Shown here: positions 58,560-64,000 of the stretch, piece after piece
Numbering within the stretch: the first letter of the stretch is position 1
Layout: the number at the start of each line of letters is the position of its first letter
Assembly (NCBI GenBank): GCA_036507075.1
Contig: DASXQR010000187.1
Coordinates: 1 to 64,000 of the forward strand
Source of the DNA: Acidobacteriota bacterium
GTDB taxonomy: Bacteria > Acidobacteriota > UBA6911 > JACQSX01
Direction: 5' to 3'
DNA: 64,000 nt
Notes under the pieces: generated by a model
What the model was told of the DNA's origin: nothing
The model's input: only the letters and a program-made list of their open reading frames with translations
Database searches by the model: none
Made by a program: the position numbers and the translations under genes

Positions 58560-58668
58560 TCCCACTCTCCCGCTCTCCCACTCTCCCGCTCTCCCACTCT
58601 CCCGCTCTCCCGCTCCCCCACTCCCCCACTCCCCCACTCCTCCACTCCTCCGCTCTCCCACTCTCCCA
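58560..58668. repeat. Octamer tandem array (CTCCCACT/CTCCCGCT)n
   Basis: Read directly; a short copy at about 50270-50295. Confidence 0.88.
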
Positions 58669-58738
58669 ATTGAACAATGCCATTCTATCCTGCTTCCATT
58701 TGACAGGCCGATAAGGTTTCCCGTAGGTTGAATTTGAA

Positions 58739-59686
58739 ATGCACGAAGTGACCAGGCTTTTTCAGACGCACGGATTGGTCATCCTGTTCCTTGCGGTCTG
58801 GTTGGAAAACATGGGAGTGCCGCTTCCCAGCTTTCCATTTTTGCTGGGCGCCGGTCTGCTTGCTCACTCCGGTCATAGTTCTCTGCTCTCCGCCGTTTTG
58901 ACGGCTGCAGCAGCCGCTCTGATTGCAGACACGGTCTGGTATTACCTGGGGCGCGCCGTGGGACGACGCATTCTGGCATGGATCTGCTTTATTTCCTTGA
59001 ATCCGGAGAGCTGTGTAAATAAGACCGAATCGGCATTCTTGCGCCACGGCCTCCGTTCTTTGCTGGTGGCAAAGTATGTTCCCGGTTTGAACACCATTGC
59101 TCCACCCCTTTGCGGGCTGCTCCACGTCCCGATTGCCAGATTCCTCTTCTACGACTTTGCTGGTTGTATTTTCTGGGCGACGCCCTTTATCGTCGCAGGT
59201 TTCTTATTCTCAAAACAGTTGGAGGCACTGGTCGGTTACCTTGAGCGCTTTGGGAATTTTGCGCTGCTCGTGATTGCTTTGCTGGTTGTCGCGTTTATCG
59301 GTTACAAGCTGCATGAGCGCAGGAAGTTTTACCGGCATCTTCGCTCGGTGCGAATCAAGCCCGAAGAACTGCATCAAAGAATGCAGAGCGGCGAGCCGGT
59401 GACCGTAGTAGACCTGCGAAGCCCGCTGGCATACTCGACTGACCGATTCTCAATTCCCGGTTCCGTCCGCATTTCTCCCGAGGAACTGGAGCGCCGTGCT
59501 TCCGAACTGCCGATCGGCAGCGAGCTGGTCCTGTATTGCACCTGACCAAGTGAAGCGACCAGCGCCAGGATGGCGCGGCGGCTGATGGACAGCGGCGTGC
59601 TGCATGTTCGGCCTTTGCTGGGAGGCTTGGACGCGTGGATTGAAGGAGGTTTTCCGGTGGAGGAGAAGTTGGTGGAGATTCCCTAG
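58739..59686 (+). CDS. DedA/VTT membrane protein fused to a rhodanese domain, in-frame TGA in CxU motif (probable selenoprotein)
   Basis: Reads LVLYCT-TGA(59543-59545)-PSEATSARMARRLMDSGVLHVRPLLGGLDAWIEGGFPVEEKLVEIP-TAG, completing the rhodanese fold. Confidence 0.88.
59559..59578 (+). promoter_or_regulatory. Candidate bacterial SECIS hairpin GCGCCA-GGA-TGGCGC
   Basis: 6-bp stem with a G-initiated loop 22 nt after the UGA. Confidence 0.6.
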
Positions 59687-59689
59687 ATT

Positions 59690-60042
59690 TGGTCCGTTGT
59701 CCGTTGTCCGTGGTCAATTGTCAGTTAACGAGTTGCGGGTTTCGGGTCTTCGGTTGTGGATTTCGGGTTTCGGGTTTTCGGGTTGCGGGTTTCGGGTTTC
59801 GAGTTGCCGCATTGCCGATTTTGCGTCGCCGGGTTGCGGGTTTGGAGTTGCCAAGTTACGGGTTAGAGTTTTTCGGGTTGCGCGGTTTGTTGTTGAAGTC
59901 ATTAGAAATTCAACTTGTCAGCTCATTATTTTGAGACTTAATGGGTTTTAAGCTTTCAATGAATCCACGAATCTATCTTCTGAGCTGCAACTTGGAACGC
60001 GAAACCCGGCAACTCGAAACCCGTAACACGAAAACCCGAAAC
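59690..60042. repeat. Nested heptamer arrays with AT-rich centre
   Basis: GTCCGTT then GGGTTTC arrays, mirrored GAAACCC arrays. Confidence 0.85.
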
Positions 60043-60942
60043 CTATTTTGCTTTGGGATGCGCTTTTCGATAGACGGAGCGAAGCTCTTCGATCGAAACA
60101 TGCGTGTACTTCTGCGTCGTCGAAAGACTTTCATGCCCAAGCAGTTCCTGTATCACGCGCAGGTCCGCTCCTGCGTTCAGAAGATGCGTGGCAAAGGAAT
60201 GGCGCAGCACATGGGGCGAGATCTTAAGCTTCAGAGAAGCTTCGAGAATGTACTTATCCACCAGCCGCCCGACCGATCTGGGAGTCAACCGGGTCCCGGT
60301 TCTGTTTAAGAACAGTGCGTCCGGAAGCAGCCGTCCCGGCGCAATTCGATTTCTGGCTTTCCAGTAACCGCGAAGCGCCGACTCCGCCTTGGTTCCGAAA
60401 GGGATGATTCTTTCCTTTCGCCCTTTCCCGACCACCCTGACAAACCGTTCGTCAAGCTGAACATCATCTTTTCTCAGGCCGGTAAGTTCGGACACTCGCA
60501 TCCCTGTCGCATAGAGCAGCTCAAGAATGGCGCGATCCCTGAGGCCGAATGTCGAACCGGCATCGGGCGTGGTGACAAGAGTCTCCACTTCTGAAAGCTG
60601 CAACACGCGTGGAATCCGTTTTTCTTTGCGAGGCGAAGCGACCAGCTTGGCAGGGTTTGATTGAACGTAACCTTCCTGGTGCAGGAACTTGAAAAAGGAG
60701 CGAAGCGTCGCCACCTTCCTGCCGGCAGTCGACTTCTTCTGATTCCGATCGTGCAGAATTCCCAAAAAAGCGCGGATTGCGATATGGTCGATCCGGCCAG
60801 GATCAATGTTCTGCACCTTCCATTCTGAACACAGGAACTCCTGAAACTGATTCAGGTCACTTCGGTAAGCGCGCAGCGTCTCCGGCGAACAGCCCTTTTC
60901 GCCCTCCAGATACTTAAGAAAGAGCCGCGTTAAAGCACGCAT
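60043..60942 (-). CDS. xerC: Tyrosine recombinase XerC
   Basis: RDRAILELLYATGMRVSEL, GKGRKER, HVLRHSFATH, LGH and TTQKYT; follows trmFO. Confidence 0.92.
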   Translation of the reverse strand: MRALTRLFLKYLEGEKGCSPETLRAYRSDLNQFQEFLCSEWKVQNIDPGRIDHIAIRAFLGILHDRNQKKSTAGRKVATLRSFFKFLHQEGYVQSNPAKLVASPRKEKRIPRVLQLSEVETLVTTPDAGSTFGLRDRAILELLYATGMRVSELTGLRKDDVQLDERFVRVVGKGRKERIIPFGTKAESALRGYWKARNRIAPGRLLPDALFLNRTGTRLTPRSVGRLVDKYILEASLKLKISPHVLRHSFATHLLNAGADLRVIQELLGHESLSTTQKYTHVSIEELRSVYRKAHPKAK

Positions 60943-61018
60943 CGCGAATCATCGCCACCTGAAAAAGGGGGACAAAAAGGGGGACAGACCCCATTTAAAC
61001 CACCAAGACACCAAGACA

Positions 61019-62446
61019 CTAAACTGCTCTTTCCAGTAGTTGCAGAAAATTGAGCATCGCTTCGCGGGCGGCCTGGATTTGGCGGGCTCTTCTAGTTTCA
61101 CGTGTGCCCCGCATCGGCGCTGCCGGCAGCAGCCCGAAATTGATGTTCATCGGCTGGAAGTTTTCCGGGTCGGCCTCGCTGATGTAGTGCAGCAGGCTCC
61201 CTATGGCCGAGCACCGTGGAAAATCAAGCGGTCCTTTTCCCGCCAGCGACCGCAAGGCGTTCCAGCCGGCCACCAGGCCGGCAGCGATTGACTCGACGTA
61301 ACCTTCGACGCCGCAAATCTGGCCGGCAAAGTAGATATGAGGCCGCTTCTTCAGTTGCAGGCTTCGCGTCAACAGGCGCGGAGCATTGATGAAAGTGTTG
61401 CGGTGAATCTGGCCGAGCCGGATGAACTCGGCATTTTCAAGCCCGGGGATCAACCGGAATATCCGCTGCTGTTCGCCGTATTTCAGGTGATTCTGGAATC
61501 CCACCAGGTTAAACGCGTCTGCCAACAGATTCTCCTGACGAAGCTGCACTACCGCATAAGGAATCTGTCCGCTGCGCGGATCACGCAGACCGACGGGTCG
61601 CATCGGACCGAAACGCAGCGTGTCGACGCCGCGCCGGGCAAGTTCCTCGATCGGCAGGCATGCCTCAAAGTACATTGATTTCTCAAATTCCTTGATGGGA
61701 ACCGACTCGGCATGGATCAGCGCCTGGTAAAAACGAAGGTACTGCTCACAGCTCATCGGGCAGTTGACATAGTCGCCATCCTCGGTCGATGCAACGGCGT
61801 CCTCGCTTGACCGCGTGCGCGCCGTTGGTGCTCTCTGCGACTGTTTCGGACTCACGGCAGCCATGTCCGCCTTTTGGGGGCCCTGCCCGGACACCCGCTT
61901 TCCGTAGCGTGAGAGACAAAATACCTGGTCCCAATCAATCGAGTCGGCTTCCACAATCGGACTGATCGCGTCGTAAAAGTAGAGCGCATTCTCAGCCGTG
62001 ATTTCCCGGATATATGCCGCCAGCGCGGGCGAAGTAAGCGGGCCAGTGGCAATGACCGCGGTCTGAGTGTCGGCAATTTCCGATATTTCGCGGCGCTCGA
62101 CGACAATGCGCGGGTGCTGTTCCAGTTTTTCGGTGATCCGGGCGCTGAACCTTTCGCGATCCACCGCCAGCGCGGCGCCCGCAGGAACACGCGTCTGGTC
62201 GGCGATTGAAATCAGGAGTGAACCACACTGGCGCAGTTCCCATTTGAGCTGGTGGGGAGCACTGCCGTCGATATCGGACTTAAAGGAGTTGCTGCAGACC
62301 AGTTCGCCGAGGCCTGAGGTCTGGTGAGCGGGAGTCGGAACGCCGGGCCGCATTTCAAAGAGGCGCGCCCGGCCTCCATGCTCGGCGATCTGCCAGACGG
62401 CTTCCGATCCGGCAAGTCCTCCGCCAATCACCCAGATTTCGTGCAT
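61019..62446 (-). CDS. trmFO: tRNA (uracil-54)-methyltransferase TrmFO
   Basis: GGGLAGSEA, ELVCSNS, FYDAISP, FGPMRPVGL and GVEGY.ES. Confidence 0.95.
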   Translation of the reverse strand: MHEIWVIGGGLAGSEAVWQIAEHGGRARLFEMRPGVPTPAHQTSGLGELVCSNSFKSDIDGSAPHQLKWELRQCGSLLISIADQTRVPAGAALAVDRERFSARITEKLEQHPRIVVERREISEIADTQTAVIATGPLTSPALAAYIREITAENALYFYDAISPIVEADSIDWDQVFCLSRYGKRVSGQGPQKADMAAVSPKQSQRAPTARTRSSEDAVASTEDGDYVNCPMSCEQYLRFYQALIHAESVPIKEFEKSMYFEACLPIEELARRGVDTLRFGPMRPVGLRDPRSGQIPYAVVQLRQENLLADAFNLVGFQNHLKYGEQQRIFRLIPGLENAEFIRLGQIHRNTFINAPRLLTRSLQLKKRPHIYFAGQICGVEGYVESIAAGLVAGWNALRSLAGKGPLDFPRCSAIGSLLHYISEADPENFQPMNINFGLLPAAPMRGTRETRRARQIQAAREAMLNFLQLLERAV

Positions 62447-63798
62447 TAAAAGTCCAGATCGTACAGCTTGAGCTTCTTGTACAAATTGCTCCGCTCGACT
62501 TTGATCGCCTCCGCCGTTTTGCTCACATTGCCTTGATGTTCGATCAACTTGCGCAGGATATATTCTTTCTCAAACTGCTCGCGCGCTTCCTGCAGGGACC
62601 TGTGTTCGTAGGGGCTGGCGGAAAGAGCCGTTGACTCCAGAATATTGGTCGGCAGCGCGTACACGTCGATGCGATTTCCTGGAACCATGATTACCAGCCG
62701 CTCGATGACATTCTTCAATTCACGCACGTTACCCGGCCAGTGATAGCGCTGAAATTTCTCCATCACGTCGGGCGTGATTTCCTTCTTTTTGCGGCCATAG
62801 CTCAGCGAAAACCGGCTAAGAAAATGGTCCACCAGCAGCGGGACGTCTTCTTTCCTCTCGCGCAGCGGCGGGACCTGAAACGGAATCACGTTCAACCGAT
62901 AATAAAGATCCTCACGAAAATGTCCGCGCTCAATTTCCCCGTCGAGATTCTTGTTAGTGGCGGAAATAATTCGCACGTCAATCTCGATTTCGTCATTGCT
63001 TCCTACCATGTGAAAGCGCTGTTCTTCCAACACCCGGAGAACTTTCGACTGGGTGCGCAAGCTCATGTCTCCGACTTCGTCCATAAACAACGTCCCGCCG
63101 TCGGCGAGCTGAAACTTCCCCTTCTTGCTCTCGGTAGCGCCGGTAAATGCCCCTTTGACATGGCCAAACAGCTCGCTTTCGATTAAATCCTCTGGAATGG
63201 CGGCGCAGTTTACCTCGATGAAGGGTTTGTTCCAGCGCAGGCTTTGACGGTGGATATGTTTGGCAACAAGCTCCTTGCCCGTTCCGTTTTCACCGTAAAT
63301 AAGAATGCGGCCGCTGGTGGGAGCAGCATAGGCAATCTGCTGCCGCAGCGCTTTCAGGGGAACGGAGTTCCCTATCATCGCAGCTTCGGCAAACAGCTGG
63401 TCCCGAAGATTCTCATTCTCCTCTTCCAGCTTCTTTTGCCGGAGCGCATTGTTGACAACCAGCAGCGTCTTTTCCAGTGACAGTGGTTTCTCGATAAAAT
63501 CAAACGCTCCCAGCTTTGTGGCCCGCACCGCTGTCTCGATCGTGCCATGCCCGGAGATAATCACCACAGCGCACCGCTTATTCATGCCTCGGATGGCCTC
63601 GAGCGCCTGCAGCCCGTCAATCTCCGGCAGCCACACATCGAGCAGAACCAGATCGAACTCCTTCTCTGCCAGCCTGTCCAAACAGTGCTCGCCGCTTTCC
63701 ACCGCCTCCACCTTGAAGCCTTCATCCTCCAGAATGGCGACCAGCGACGTCCTCACTCCGCTTTCATCGTCGACCACGAGAATATTTTCCTTAGCCAT
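62446..63798 (-). CDS. Sigma-54-dependent response regulator (NtrX/NtrC family)
   Basis: Receiver domain, GENGTGKE, GAFTGA, WPGNVREL and Fis-type HTH. Confidence 0.95.
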   Translation of the reverse strand: MAKENILVVDDESGVRTSLVAILEDEGFKVEAVESGEHCLDRLAEKEFDLVLLDVWLPEIDGLQALEAIRGMNKRCAVVIISGHGTIETAVRATKLGAFDFIEKPLSLEKTLLVVNNALRQKKLEEENENLRDQLFAEAAMIGNSVPLKALRQQIAYAAPTSGRILIYGENGTGKELVAKHIHRQSLRWNKPFIEVNCAAIPEDLIESELFGHVKGAFTGATESKKGKFQLADGGTLFMDEVGDMSLRTQSKVLRVLEEQRFHMVGSNDEIEIDVRIISATNKNLDGEIERGHFREDLYYRLNVIPFQVPPLRERKEDVPLLVDHFLSRFSLSYGRKKKEITPDVMEKFQRYHWPGNVRELKNVIERLVIMVPGNRIDVYALPTNILESTALSASPYEHRSLQEAREQFEKEYILRKLIEHQGNVSKTAEAIKVERSNLYKKLKLYDLDF

Positions 63799-63809
63799 TT
63801 TGAAAATCT

Positions 63810-63926
63810 CTTAGTTGTAAGTGGTCAGTGGTCAGTTGTTGTTTAGCAGTTCACCTAGTTTGACTGCCCAAGTTCAACGGCTTACCGACGATTGGCCACG
63901 AACAACGGACGCCGAACCACTGACAA
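63810..63926. repeat. GTCAGTT/ACTGAC heptamer inverted element
   Basis: Same family as 1378-1515. Confidence 0.7.
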
Positions 63927-63928
63927 GC

Positions 63929-64000
63929 TTACAATTTCAAAGGCATTTCCTGCGCGCCCGCTTCGGCGCGCTCGGCTGCGCCCGCCGCCGGAACCTCAAT
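63929..64000 (-). CDS. C-terminal end of an upstream gene (partial), possibly the cognate NtrY-like kinase
   Basis: Open frame IEVPAAGAAERAEAGAQEMPLKL-stop; identity inferred only from position. Confidence 0.45.
   Translation of the reverse strand: MEVPAAGAAERAEAGAQEMPLKL

Noticed and set aside
60043..60942. Prophage or island integrase
   Set aside because: XerC size and motifs, trmFO-xerC context and no phage genes.

Overview
A bacterial chromosome segment, most likely from an Acidobacteriota member (inferred from gene content, not proven). It holds about 60 mostly housekeeping or metabolic CDSs: pth-rplY-prs-tRNA-Gln-ispE, ileS-lspA-lolA, fabH, thiD, nth, a glycogen cluster (glgC, response regulator/kinase, glgA, galT, GH57), queE, an RpoH-like sigma factor, rplU-rpmA-obg-nadD-rsfS and trmFO-xerC. 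The end of an IS481-family element lies at the left edge. Three things stand out. (1) Two genes carry an in-frame TGA exactly at a conserved Cys position and continue with intact family sequence: a BCP peroxiredoxin (4203-4694) and a DedA-rhodanese fusion (58739-59686, with a clear SECIS-like hairpin). Both are probable selenoproteins missed or truncated by the ORF track. (2) A ~290-nt multi-hairpin segment with paired ends lies between dciA and maf (about 13845-14135). It looks like a large structured ncRNA and I cannot assign it to a known class. (3) Many intergenic gaps hold palindromic elements built from a small set of repeat modules (6-10-mer tandem arrays, IS-end-like arms, REP-like arms) nested inside one another, with perfect arms up to 39 bp and a compensatory change between two copies. 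No CRISPR array, rRNA or prophage was seen.
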